The position numbers were made by a program, and so were the translations under genes. From NCBI GenBank assembly GCA_030668645.1, contig DAOVFC010000001.1, forward strand, positions 1 through 34,109: a DNA stretch of 34,109 bases, given 5' to 3'. This document shows, in pieces, positions 25,486 through 34,109 of this stretch (position 1 is its first letter; each line of letters opens with the position of its first letter). The notes under the pieces were generated by a model. The model searched no databases and was not told where the DNA came from. It worked only from the letters and a program-made list of their open reading frames with translations. This stretch comes from Candidatus Bathyarchaeota archaeon (GTDB lineage Archaea > Thermoproteota > Bathyarchaeia > Bathyarchaeales > Bathycorpusculaceae).

Positions 25486-26202
25486 ATGTCTATGTTTGCA
25501 GCACCAGGTGCATACGACCGTGTGATAACCGTTTTTTCACCGGACGGTCGATTGTTTCAAGTTGAGTACGCAATGGAGCTGGTTAACCGTGGAGCAACGA
25601 TTTTGGGAATAAAGTGCTCCGAGGGAGTGGTTTTAGGAGCAGAGGAAACTGTTGAAACATCCCTTGAGGATTCGGAAGGCTCATGGAAAATTTTCAAGAT
25701 CGATGACCATGTGGCCGCGGGTATAGTGGGTTTAAGCTCAGACGCACGCACACTCATAGACCAGGCACGCATATACGCTCAAAGCAACAAGCTAACCTAC
25801 GATGAGCCGATAGACCTTGAAGTGATAACGAAGAGGATATGTGACATAAAACAGCTTTACACGCAGCACGCAGGTGTGAGACCGTTCGGAGTTTCACTAA
25901 TCTTCGGCGGAGTGGACAAGACTGGAAACCGACTGTTCGGCACGCACGCAAGCGGAGCGTACAGGGGCTACAAGGCTACGGCTATGGGTGCGGGAAGAGA
26001 AACCGTGCTGAACATACTGAAGGAGGAATACCGTGAGGACATGAGTCTTGAAGACGCAGTAAGGCTTGCCGTAAAATGCTTGACGAAAGCCCTAGAAGCC
26101 AGACAGTTAGCTCCGAGAATAAAGATTGCAGTTATTCCTTCAGCAACCAAGAAGATGAAAATGCTCAGCGACGAAAAAATCGAAGGTTACATTAAGGGTT
26201 AG
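25486..26202 (+). CDS. psmA: Proteasome subunit alpha
   Basis: YDRVITVFSPDGRLFQVEYAME signature N-terminus. Confidence 0.95.
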   Translation: MSMFAAPGAYDRVITVFSPDGRLFQVEYAMELVNRGATILGIKCSEGVVLGAEETVETSLEDSEGSWKIFKIDDHVAAGIVGLSSDARTLIDQARIYAQSNKLTYDEPIDLEVITKRICDIKQLYTQHAGVRPFGVSLIFGGVDKTGNRLFGTHASGAYRGYKATAMGAGRETVLNILKEEYREDMSLEDAVRLAVKCLTKALEARQLAPRIKIAVIPSATKKMKMLSDEKIEGYIKG

Positions 26203-26216
26203 GCTAGTGAAAACGG

Positions 26217-26906
26217 ATGAGCGAACGTTACACAGTTGCGCGCATAACCCGTGACGGTGAACACTTTGAGGTTCTGGTCAAACCTGAGAGAGCGTTAGAC
26301 TACCGCCTGGGCAGAATATCTGCGGTAACACAAGTTTTGGCGGCGGAAACCATATTTTCGGACGCGAACAAAGGCACAAAAGTTTCGGAGGAAACGCTAC
26401 GCAAAGCCTTTGGAACAACGGAAACGTTGAAAATAGCGGAAACAATACTGAAAAAAGGAACGATACAACTGACAACGGAACAACGCAGAAAAATGACTGA
26501 AGAGAAGAGAAAACAGATAATAGCGTTCATAGCGAGGCAGTGCGCCGATCCGAGAACAAACCTTCCGCATCCGCCCTTACGCGTAGAACAGGCAATGGAG
26601 CAAATACACCATCCAATAGATCCGTTCAAACCGGCGGAAGAACAGGCGAAAGACGTAATCAAACTGTTACGTCCAATCTTACCGTTAAAAATGGAGCAGA
26701 CTGCGATCAGCGTCCGCATACCAGCCGAGTACGCAGCAAAAGCCTACGGAACAATAAAGGCATTCGGAACAATAAAACGTGAAGAATGGCGTGCAGACGG
26801 CTCGTGGTACGGAATCCTTGAGATACCTGCAGGCTTATATGGACCGCTTCTGGAAAAGCTAGGGGAAGTAACGAAAGGAAACGCAGAAGCGAAGATAACA
26901 TCTTAA
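26217..26906 (+). CDS. Ribosome maturation protein SBDS/Sdo1 homologue
   Basis: VARITRDGEHFEVLVKPERALDYR (FYSH domain) and its position directly after psmA, as in the archaeal exosome superoperon. Confidence 0.9.
   Translation: MSERYTVARITRDGEHFEVLVKPERALDYRLGRISAVTQVLAAETIFSDANKGTKVSEETLRKAFGTTETLKIAETILKKGTIQLTTEQRRKMTEEKRKQIIAFIARQCADPRTNLPHPPLRVEQAMEQIHHPIDPFKPAEEQAKDVIKLLRPILPLKMEQTAISVRIPAEYAAKAYGTIKAFGTIKREEWRADGSWYGILEIPAGLYGPLLEKLGEVTKGNAEAKITS
26748..26776 (+). repeat. Direct repeat GGAACAATAAA x2 at 18-nt spacing inside the SBDS gene
   Basis: Copies at 26748-26758 and 26766-26776, encoding GTIKAFGTIK. Confidence 0.5.
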
Positions 26907-26931
26907 ATAATGGTAATTAGGTTGTGAAAAC

Positions 26932-27672
26932 ATGCCAACATTTTTCGAAAGAAGAGAGATTGTAACCCCGGGAGATCTGCTCGCAGAAGGCGAATACGTA
27001 GCGGGTGAAAACACGTACAAGGAAGACAAGAAAATCTACGCCTCAAGAATTGGACTCATAGAGTATGGAGACAGAAACATAAGCGTTGTAGCTTTAAGAG
27101 CGTTCTACATCCCGAGAATAGGAGACACCGTCATAGGAACAATCACGGAGATGGGATTCAGCGGATGGACCGTTGACATAAACGCGCCATACCTAGCCTT
27201 GCTGAGGGCATCGGATGTTCTGAACAGACCGTTCAGACCGCAGAGGGACGACTTATCTGCAGTTCTGAATGTGGGTGACCTGGTAATTGCGAAGATAGTC
27301 GCCTATGACCGAGCGCATGATCCACAGCTAACAGTGGGTGAGCCGGGACTCGGAAGAATAACACGTGGACAAATAGTGAAAGTTACCCCGACAAAGATTC
27401 CCCGCATAATCGGAAGAAAAGGTTCGATGATAAGTATGATAAAACAGGAAACAGACTGCCACATAACCCTCGGACACAATGGAGTCATATTGATAACCGG
27501 CAAAAAACTTGAAGACGAACAGTTAGCAGTGATGGTCATCCATAAAATTGATGAAGAATCTCACATAAGCGGTTTAACAGACCGAATAACCCAGATGATT
27601 AAAGAGGAAAAAACTAAAACAAAGAAAAGGAGGAAAGTAAAGAATGAGTCAAAAATCCGAGAAGCTAATTGA
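26932..27672 (+). CDS. rrp4: Exosome complex RNA-binding subunit Rrp4 (S1 plus KH)
   Basis: S1 block [23 protein letters not shown] and KH block [23 protein letters not shown]. Confidence 0.9.
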   Translation: MPTFFERREIVTPGDLLAEGEYVAGENTYKEDKKIYASRIGLIEYGDRNISVVALRAFYIPRIGDTVIGTITEMGFSGWTVDINAPYLALLRASDVLNRPFRPQRDDLSAVLNVGDLVIAKIVAYDRAHDPQLTVGEPGLGRITRGQIVKVTPTKIPRIIGRKGSMISMIKQETDCHITLGHNGVILITGKKLEDEQLAVMVIHKIDEESHISGLTDRITQMIKEEKTKTKKRRKVKNESKIREAN

Positions 27673-28381
27673 TAAAAAAGGTTTAAGACTGGATGGAAGA
27701 AAACCTGACCAATTAAGACCTATAAAAATTGAGGTAGCCATCTTAGCAAACGCAGACGGCTCAGCATACATTCAACAGGGAAAAAACAAAATTCTAGCCG
27801 CTGTGTACGGTCCAAAAGAGGCGCATCCGAAACATCTATCGCTTCCAGATCGGACCCGTCTAAGATGCCGTTACCATATGGCACCTTTCTCCGTGCAGGA
27901 ACGCAAATCACCGGCGCCTTCAAGAAGGGAGAGAGAGCTTTCAAAAGTCATTCGAGAATCCCTTGAACCCTCAATCTTCCTTGAGTATTACCCGCGAACG
28001 TCCATAGACATCTTCATAGAAGTTCTGCAGGCAGATGGAGGGACAAGATGCGCAAGCATCACGGCGGCGTCACTAGCTTTGGCAGATGCGGGTATACCCA
28101 TGCGAGATCTGGTGGCTGCATGCGCAGCTGGAAAAATTGACGACACAATAGTGTTGGATTTAATGGACACTGAGGACAAAAAGGGGGGCGCCGATGTGCC
28201 TGTAGCTCTGATGTCGAATTTGAACGCAATAACGCTGCTTCAGATGGACGGAACCCTGTCGCTTAAGGAGTTCGAAAAGGCAGTGAATCTAGCTCTTAAA
28301 GGATGCATGAAGATTTACGCTTTACAGAAAGAAGCGTTAAAGGCAAAGTACATGAATGTTAAGGAGGCTGCTAAAGAGTAA
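27644..28381 (+). CDS. rrp41: Exosome complex exonuclease Rrp41 (RNase PH domain)
   Basis: [17 protein letters not shown]...[21 protein letters not shown]. Overlaps the rrp4 end. Confidence 0.9.
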   Translation: MSQKSEKLIDKKGLRLDGRKPDQLRPIKIEVAILANADGSAYIQQGKNKILAAVYGPKEAHPKHLSLPDRTRLRCRYHMAPFSVQERKSPAPSRRERELSKVIRESLEPSIFLEYYPRTSIDIFIEVLQADGGTRCASITAASLALADAGIPMRDLVAACAAGKIDDTIVLDLMDTEDKKGGADVPVALMSNLNAITLLQMDGTLSLKEFEKAVNLALKGCMKIYALQKEALKAKYMNVKEAAKE

Positions 28382-29175
28382 TGTCATCAATAGTTGTTCG
28401 TGTGAAAAAGAAACAGATTGAACAGCTGATTGCGAAGGGAAAAAGGCTGGACGGCAGAGGCTTAACAGACTATCGTGAGATACAGATTGAACAGGGAGTC
28501 GTTGAACGTGCAGAGGGCTCAGCGCGTGTGCTTCTCGGAAAAACTGAAGTGCTGGCTGGAATAAAAATCGAAGTAGGCACACCGTATTCAGACACACCAA
28601 ACGAAGGAGTGTTAACCGTGAACGCTGAACTCGTGCCTTTGGCTTCACCGACATTCGAGCCTGGACCGCCGAGTGAAAACGCAATAGAACTGGCGAGAGT
28701 CGTTGACAGAGGAATACGGGAGTCAAAAGCCATCGATCTAGAAAAACTATGCATCAAACCTGGCAAAAAAGTATTCATTGTTTTCGTAGACGTCTACGTA
28801 CTCAACCATGACGGAAACCTAATAGACGCCTCAGCCTTAGCCGCCCTCGCCGCTCTGCTCAACACGAAGATGTTCAACTACGAATTGGAAGAAGACGACG
28901 TGAAGATAAAACCAGGCCGCAAGCCGCTTCCGATTAGAAAGCATCCGATAGCGATTACCTGTGCGAAAATAAACGGTAAACTCGTCGTTGATCCGTGGCT
29001 TGAAGAGGAACAAATAATGGACGCTAGACTCACGATGACTACGGACGATGATGGAAATATTTGCGCGATACAGAAAGGCGGCAGCGGATGGTTCACATCA
29101 AAGCAGGTGTTGGAAACCGCTAAAATAGCTAAAGAGAAGGCTAAGGAACTGCGCAAAAAACTGGTGAAAGCCTAG
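28381..29175 (+). CDS. rrp42: Exosome complex subunit Rrp42 (RNase PH-like)
   Basis: GKRLDGRGLTDYREIQIEQGVVERAEGSARVLLGKTEVLAGIK. Start overlaps the rrp41 stop. Confidence 0.9.
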   Translation: MSSIVVRVKKKQIEQLIAKGKRLDGRGLTDYREIQIEQGVVERAEGSARVLLGKTEVLAGIKIEVGTPYSDTPNEGVLTVNAELVPLASPTFEPGPPSENAIELARVVDRGIRESKAIDLEKLCIKPGKKVFIVFVDVYVLNHDGNLIDASALAALAALLNTKMFNYELEEDDVKIKPGRKPLPIRKHPIAITCAKINGKLVVDPWLEEEQIMDARLTMTTDDDGNICAIQKGGSGWFTSKQVLETAKIAKEKAKELRKKLVKA

Positions 29176-29468
29176 TGGGGAAGAGAACCAAAAAAGTGGG
29201 CCCAACACGTGGTTTCGGAGCCAAATACGGCAGTGCAGTTAGGAAACGCTACATCAAGATAGTCTCAGAGATGAGAAAGCCGCACAGATGCCCCCAATGC
29301 GGATTCACAGCCGTTAAGAGAGTAAGCGTCGGCGTTTGGAGATGCAAGAAATGCGGATTCACATTCACCGGAGGAGCGTACACACCGACCACTAAGCTTG
29401 GAATCGTGGCAAGACGCCTGGCTAAGGGAACGCCAAAGGAAGAAGCTGTAGCAAAGGGAACCAGGTAG
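29175..29468 (+). CDS. rpl37ae: 50S ribosomal protein L37Ae (zinc ribbon)
   Basis: GAKYGSAVRKRY...CPQCG...CKKCGFTFTGGAY. Confidence 0.9.
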   Translation: MGKRTKKVGPTRGFGAKYGSAVRKRYIKIVSEMRKPHRCPQCGFTAVKRVSVGVWRCKKCGFTFTGGAYTPTTKLGIVARRLAKGTPKEEAVAKGTR

Positions 29469-29582
29469 CCTAAACTTCAAGTGAACTAGGTATTGACCAA
29501 TACAAAGCATACGCTACTGACAGCATCGCGAAGACCACAAGCACCATAAGGTCCTTTCACACATCAAATTTTCCCACATAAA

Positions 29583-29855
29583 TTGGAAGTGAAAACCACG
29601 AAAGCAAACGCTGTCGTGCGGTTAAGGTTTCCCTCAAAGAAACATCTAGAAATCACTTACGACGCCTTAAAACCGGAGACCGATAAGCCTCCTCCCACAA
29701 CACGCTCAAAAACGCTTATAGAAAAAACAGAGAATTTCTTAGTTTTGAAAATTGAAGCAAGAGATGTTGTGGCTTTGAGAGCGACGGTAAACGCTTATTT
29801 AAGATGGATTTCCAGTGTTTACGACTGCTTACTCACGCTTTCAAAAGAACAGTAA
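29583..29855 (+). CDS. pcc1: KEOPS subunit Pcc1-like protein
   Basis: About 90 aa with VVRLRFPSKKHLEITYDALKPE and ARDVVALRATVNAYLRWI (Pcc1 LRA-x-VN-x-L block). Sits at the expected superoperon position. Confidence 0.7.
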   Translation: MEVKTTKANAVVRLRFPSKKHLEITYDALKPETDKPPPTTRSKTLIEKTENFLVLKIEARDVVALRATVNAYLRWISSVYDCLLTLSKEQ

Positions 29856-29991
29856 GCCACCCTACCTTCAATAAATTTACCTCCTCAACTGTTTTTGGCT
29901 ACCTTAACATGAAATTCCAGAGTTAGAGGGGAATTTTGAGAAGCAAAGCTTATGTATTACAATGTATTCTGTTTTCTTTGTGGAAAAAGTT

Positions 29992-30318
29992 ATGCTGGGA
30001 AAAAGCACCGTGATTACTGTGCGTCTTTCACGCAGGGATTTAGAAAGGGTGGAAGCCGTGAGAGACCTTGAGAACGTTAACCGTTCCACCTTGCTTAAGG
30101 AGTTTATCGAAGATGGATTACGCCGAAGAGTTACCCGCCTCTACCGAAAGGAGAGGTTAACCGCTCGACGAGCTGCCGAAATATTGGGAATCCCTCTACG
30201 GGAGTTCCTTGAAATGCTAGAGAGGGAAGGCATTCCCGTTAACTGGGATTCAGAAATCGTCAAGGAATATCTGAGGACGAGATACGGGGAATCGAGTGTT
30301 GCCTCAAGCGGTATCTGA
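29992..30318 (+). CDS. Antitoxin, RHH domain fused to a UPF0175 (COG2886-like) HTH domain
   Basis: KSTVITVRLSRRDLERVEAV...RSTLLKEFIEDGLRRR (RHH), then LYRKERLTARRAAEILGIPLREFLEMLEREGIPV (UPF0175). ATG 29992 is preferred over 29962. Confidence 0.7.
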   Translation: MLGKSTVITVRLSRRDLERVEAVRDLENVNRSTLLKEFIEDGLRRRVTRLYRKERLTARRAAEILGIPLREFLEMLEREGIPVNWDSEIVKEYLRTRYGESSVASSGI

Positions 30319-30850
30319 CGCTGGACCGCTGATCCATTTAGCCCAGATAGACAAGCTGCATCCCATTAAGAAGCTTTTCAACAAGGTATCAATCACTTCT
30401 GAAGTTAAGAGGGAAGCGGTTGACGAGGGAATTAGACTCGGTCACGCCGACGCTCAGGTCATAAGGAAAGCCGTAGAAGATGGGTGGATCATAATTGAGA
30501 CTGTTTCTGACACTGTAGCTTCAGCCGCTGAAAGGTTAGCGGAAGGCGAAAACATATCTCGAACTGACGCCAAGACGCTTCTGTTGGCGAGAGAAAGCGA
30601 AGCGGAGATATTGGTTGATGAGAAAACCCTTTCAGACCTTGCGAAGATGTACGGACTTAAAGTTTGGAACACATGGACGATACTGTTGGAGAGCCTCAGA
30701 AGAGGATTCATCGAAATCTCCGACATAGAGTCCGCCATAACCGAACTCGGCGAGAAAAGACACAAACTAAAGAATAAACAAGCCACCGAAACACTCAAAG
30801 CAGCAAGACTCATAGTTTCTCGCAGAAAAGAAAGGAACCTCAGTGCCTAA
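30296..30850 (+). CDS. PIN-like toxin (DUF3368/COG2405-type nucleic-acid-binding protein)
   Basis: VSDAGPLIHLAQIDKLHPIKKLF...ITSEVKREAVDEG is the N-terminal signature of the family that pairs with UPF0175. GTG start overlaps the antitoxin end. Confidence 0.7.
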   Translation: MLPQAVSDAGPLIHLAQIDKLHPIKKLFNKVSITSEVKREAVDEGIRLGHADAQVIRKAVEDGWIIIETVSDTVASAAERLAEGENISRTDAKTLLLARESEAEILVDEKTLSDLAKMYGLKVWNTWTILLESLRRGFIEISDIESAITELGEKRHKLKNKQATETLKAARLIVSRRKERNLSA

Positions 30851-31186
30851 GCTGAGGTTGGCCGAGTAAAGAAAGAAGTCTTTTTGCGCGTGCAAGCGGA
30901 TTAATATAACTATATGAAACGTACTGTGCGATATCCCAATTCTTGCGTTTTTAAATTGGTAGAGCACGCGCTTGGAGTCAAGTAGGCGAGGTATGTTAAA
31001 AACAATAGTTTTCAGGGAATAGCCGCGAGACTCAGGAAGAGTGGCACATACTGCCCCCCCTAAGCCTTCAGAGACTGTAATCATTATCAGATAAATGGAT
31101 TGAAATGTTCAAAAGTATAGGGGGTAGGTGCTATTGGAGAAAATTTCGCCCAAAAACTCTAAAAATCGGCTCAAAAAAGGAAATTG

Positions 31187-31200
31187 TGGAGACGTCTCCA
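31187..31200. promoter_or_regulatory. Perfect 14-nt palindrome TGGAGACGTCTCCA upstream of the pfdB promoter
   Basis: Read directly from the sequence, about 50 nt upstream of the TATA-like element at 31249-31256. Confidence 0.3.
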
Positions 31201-31248
31201 TCATTGGTTATCTAAATTATCAATCGCAATTGAACACTTAAGAAAATG

Positions 31249-31256
31249 CTTAATTA
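31249..31256 (+). promoter_or_regulatory. Candidate archaeal TATA box (TTAATTAA)
   Basis: Ends 25 nt upstream of the ATG at 31282. Confidence 0.3.
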
Positions 31257-31281
31257 ACAGGCGTGTACTACTGCTGTGCAG

Positions 31282-31668
31282 ATGGAAGGATGTAAAGTGA
31301 GTGAAGAAATCTCGAGGCTCCCACCCAGAGTTCAGGAACGATTGTTGAGGCTTCAACAGCTTCAGCAAACGCTCCAGTCGATTCTTGTGCAGAAGCAGCA
31401 GGTGGAACTTGAACTAACAGAGATTGAGCAGGCTTCAAGTGAACTGCAGAAACTGGCTGATGACGCAGTTATATACAAGTCCGTAGGCTCGCTTCTCGTA
31501 AAATCAGAAAAAAACAAGGTAACCTCGGATTTGAATGACCGGAAAGAACTGCTTAACATGCGGGCGAGTGTCTTGGGCAAGCAGGAAGAACGCCTACGGG
31601 GGCAGCTGAAGGATCTGCAGACGAAACTTCAGCAGGACTTAAGTCAGGTTTCCCCTTCTCTGCCATAG
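31282..31668 (+). CDS. pfdB: Prefoldin subunit beta
   Basis: Two heptad-rich coiled coils flanking the hairpin block AVIYKSVGSLLVKSEK. ATG 31282 is preferred over GTG 31276. Confidence 0.85.
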   Translation: MEGCKVSEEISRLPPRVQERLLRLQQLQQTLQSILVQKQQVELELTEIEQASSELQKLADDAVIYKSVGSLLVKSEKNKVTSDLNDRKELLNMRASVLGKQEERLRGQLKDLQTKLQQDLSQVSPSLP

Positions 31669-31675
31669 CAAGTTT

Positions 31676-31990
31676 TTGGTGGAATTAGTGGAAGAACTAG
31701 GTATTCCAGAATTAACCAGTGAACAAATTGAAAAATTATGTTTAACCGCGGAGAAAACCGCTAGAGAGTATGTTTTGTCAAAGGTTCCTCCAAAAAGAGT
31801 GGAGGAACTAAACGTAAATGTTGAAACCGAGGGCGCAAAACCCGTGAGATTGAATGTTGAAGTTAACGTTTCCTTGTCGCCTCTGATGAAAAGCTTTGAT
31901 GTGCAAAAACTTGTTGACGAGGCTGTGAAGGAAGCTTTCGTCTCTGCGGAAAAATTTTTGAGGGAGCTGAAGTGTCTTTCCTCGAGGTAA
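31676..31990 (+). CDS. Small conserved archaeal protein of unknown function (possibly DUF3194-like)
   Basis: 104-aa ORF directly after pfdB and overlapping the next gene. Protein-like composition. The family name is from memory only. Confidence 0.5.
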   Translation: MVELVEELGIPELTSEQIEKLCLTAEKTAREYVLSKVPPKRVEELNVNVETEGAKPVRLNVEVNVSLSPLMKSFDVQKLVDEAVKEAFVSAEKFLRELKCLSSR

Positions 31991-32955
31991 AAAGAGTTTT
32001 AGACGATGTGAACGCGAAGCGTGTTGTTTTGTTATGTCACCACAACGCCGACCCGGATGCAATATGTTCGGCTTACGCCTTCGCAGGCTTGTTAAAACGT
32101 TTAAAACCGGAACTTGAAGCTGAAATCGTAGCTTCCCATGGAATAAGCCGTCTCGCAAAACATCTCTTAAACCATTTGCCAATCGAAGTGAAAACACAGC
32201 CTAACATGGAAGACGCCGACGCGATAGTGCTGTTGGATACCAACACGATTCAGCAGCTGAATAACTTAGCTGAAAAAGTGAAGACCTCGAAAGCGCCGAT
32301 CATCGTAATTGATCATCATGCAGCTCATCCTGAAACAGAACGCTTAGCGAAGATATGCATAACCGATGAAAACGCTTCATCAACATGCGAGATTGTTTAC
32401 GGGTTTTTTAAGCAGACGAACACTGAATTAGGTGAAAACGAGGCTAAGGCGTTATTTCTAGGCATAGCCTTTGACACACGCCATTTCATCCTAGCTAACT
32501 CCTCCACACTAAAGACAGTTGCAGAGCTGGTCGACTCCGGTGTAAACGTGCAGGAAGCGTTATCCCTGCTTTCACTGCCCATGGTTTTCTCCGAACGCGT
32601 TGCAAGGTTAAAAGCCTGCAAGAGAGTTAGATTTCTGAAAGTTGGGGAATGGATAGTCGCGCTTTCACACGTCAGCGCCTACCAAGCTTCTGCAGCCAGA
32701 GCCCTAATCGACATAGGCGCCCATGTCGCAGTTGTGGCTGGACAAAAAAATGAGAATCTAGAGATCAGCCTGCGCTCCAGCCGCGAGTTCTACGAAAAAA
32801 CACGTGTGCACCTCGGCAGAGACATTGCAAAGCCTCTAGGCGAGTATCTTCACGGTATGGGCGGTGGACACTCCACCGCTGCCGGCGTCAACGGTGTAGG
32901 CGACGTTGAGATAGGGCTTAAACGTTGTTTATGGCTCTTGAAGGAAAGCATATAA
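31972..32955 (+). CDS. DHH-family phosphoesterase (NrnA/RecJ-like)
   Basis: DHH motifs VLLCHHNADPDAICSA, VLLDTN, VIDHHA and GIAFDTRHF, plus the DHHA1-type GGGHSTAAG. Confidence 0.8.
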   Translation: MSFLEVKRVLDDVNAKRVVLLCHHNADPDAICSAYAFAGLLKRLKPELEAEIVASHGISRLAKHLLNHLPIEVKTQPNMEDADAIVLLDTNTIQQLNNLAEKVKTSKAPIIVIDHHAAHPETERLAKICITDENASSTCEIVYGFFKQTNTELGENEAKALFLGIAFDTRHFILANSSTLKTVAELVDSGVNVQEALSLLSLPMVFSERVARLKACKRVRFLKVGEWIVALSHVSAYQASAARALIDIGAHVAVVAGQKNENLEISLRSSREFYEKTRVHLGRDIAKPLGEYLHGMGGGHSTAAGVNGVGDVEIGLKRCLWLLKESI

Positions 32956-33690
32956 TTTTCAGGGAGAACGTACAGTTTTGAGGCTTCGCTGAAGGTTACT
33001 TACGCTTCCTAAAGATTTTGGAGCCTTCCATGTCGGTGACGTATTCAAAAACCAACCTTGACGAGCTTGCAGGCTTGTTTTAATCTTTTAGCGGCTTGGA
33101 AGTGGAATTCGTCGTTTTCTCTTGTGAAGAATCTCGTTGTACGCCCTGCAGCGCGCGTGGTTCAGGCGTTGGAAACTTTTCAACTGTTCAACAACCCTTC
33201 ATTTTCTTACCTCTGGTCTACCTGAAGACCTCTTAAACTGTCACTATATTTTTCTCGCCTTTTGAGGGGTATCATAACTCTATGTTGTTTCAGGATAGGG
33301 CTCTTTTTGCAGCCGACCCCCCTCCCCCGTTTTTCCCTTTCTAATTCATCTCAGATTGTTTGCTGCTTAGCTTTCTCAGCATTATAATCAACGCTGAAAG
33401 TCTTCACAGACCGCCTTCTGAGTCTCCAGCTCTCGCCTACATAAAGCCTCAGCAATCAAATCCACAATTACACCATCTTCGGGCATTAACCATCAACTCT
33501 CCATACTTCTCCGCTTGGCTTTTATCTTCGCGCGCTATATCAAACATGTGAAATAGCCAACGCTAAGCAGGGTTTTCAGGAGATATCTCCAGCGTTATCG
33601 CCTTTGAAGGATAAAGTAGTTAACTCGCATTCAAGTAGCTACTCTTAAATGAGCGGAATACTTCGCAAATAATCGGGCAGGCACATATAA

Positions 33691-34109
33691 ATGGCGTTGA
33701 TCGAAACAAGAAATCTCACGTACACCTATCCGGGAGGGACAAAACCATCCCTTTTGAACGTCTCCATAAAAATAGAGAAGGGAGAATTCACCCTGATCAC
33801 CGGCCCGAGTGGATGTGGAAAAACAACGCTTTGTCGGTGCTTCAATGGATTAATCCCGCATTTCTACCAAGGCGAACTCAAAGGAGAAGTAGTGGTTGCG
33901 GGGTTAAAAGTGGCTGAGAAACAGATATATGAGCTGGCAAAGCATGTGGGTCTTGTTTTTCAAAATCCAGAGAACCAGCTTTTCGCGTTGTCTGTGGAAA
34001 AAGATGTGGCGTTCGGACTTGAAAATCTTGGAGTTCCGAGGGAAAAGTTGCGTACGAGGGTGGATTGGGCGCTGCGGCTCACGGGCATACAGGACCTGAG
34101 GGAAAGAGC
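33691..34109 (+). CDS. ECF/ABC transporter ATP-binding protein, 3-prime end cut by the window edge
   Basis: My own translation from ATG 33691: MALIETRNLTYTYPGG...GEFTLITGPSGCGKTTL (Walker A)...VGLVFQNPENQLF. The frame is open to the window end. Confidence 0.85.
   Translation, partial: MALIETRNLTYTYPGGTKPSLLNVSIKIEKGEFTLITGPSGCGKTTLCRCFNGLIPHFYQGELKGEVVVAGLKVAEKQIYELAKHVGLVFQNPENQLFALSVEKDVAFGLENLGVPREKLRTRVDWALRLTGIQDLRER

Noticed and set aside
26748-26776. The 18-nt-spaced duplication (GTIKAFGTIK) in the SBDS gene as a functional repeat
   Set aside because: It is in-frame and tiny, most simply a replication-slippage duplication in a surface loop. It is recorded as a repeat feature but there is no reason to think it is functional.
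30945-30995. The TTGGTAGAGCACGCGCTTGGAGT stretch resembling a tRNA D-loop plus anticodon-arm 5-prime half
   Set aside because: There is no D-stem partner (TTTT precedes the loop), no 3-prime anticodon-stem complement, no T-arm and no acceptor stem. It is either chance resemblance or too decayed to call.
33360-33551. A 63-aa plus-strand ORF in the gap before the ECF ATPase gene
   Set aside because: Low-complexity Ser/Leu/Pro-rich product with an alternative-start context and no motif. It lies antisense to the more protein-like short frames noted in the findings.
1-34109. CRISPR arrays, rRNA genes, and RNase P or SRP RNA
   Set aside because: I saw no regularly spaced direct repeats and no long GC-rich structured segments or signature motifs in any intergenic region. 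This was a by-eye scan only, so a covariance-model search is still advisable.

Overview
This is an archaeal chromosomal segment. I saw no rRNA, no intact tRNA and no CRISPR array.

Gene order:
- 1-6643 (+): a tightly packed isoprenoid-precursor operon (MEMO-like, mevalonate kinase, isopentenyl phosphate kinase, type 2 IDI, GGPP synthase), followed by GluRS and SRP19.
- 7051-10569: an MscS channel gene (-) and two AT-rich glycosyltransferase genes (+).
- 10734-12714 (+): an odd three-gene module of an RHH-like micro-ORF, a two-domain Rpb5/RpoH homologue and a tyrosine-recombinase-like gene with altered catalytic residues.
- 12845-18739 (-): S8e, and an operon of an uncharacterised 172-aa gene followed by smc, scpA and scpB.
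- About 18.9-25.4 kb: an AT-rich, partly decayed accessory island. It holds a disrupted ORF, a four-gene operon of small proteins ending in an Fe-S UDG-superfamily protein, a tRNA 3-prime-end-like scar, a 1101-aa type IIG restriction-modification fusion and a decayed peptidase gene.
- 25486-32955 (+): the archaeal proteasome/exosome superoperon (psmA, SBDS, rrp4, rrp41, rrp42, L37Ae, Pcc1, prefoldin beta, a small conserved ORF, a DHH phosphoesterase). A UPF0175/PIN toxin-antitoxin pair interrupts it.
- 32956-33690: a 735-bp ORF-poor gap, then a 3-prime-truncated ECF/ABC ATPase gene.

Best candidates for something new:
1. The eukaryote-style full-length Rpb5 homologue and its recombinase-linked context.
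2. The glycosylase plus type IIG island as a possible composite defence or mobile module.

All family assignments come from motif recognition by eye. No searches were run.
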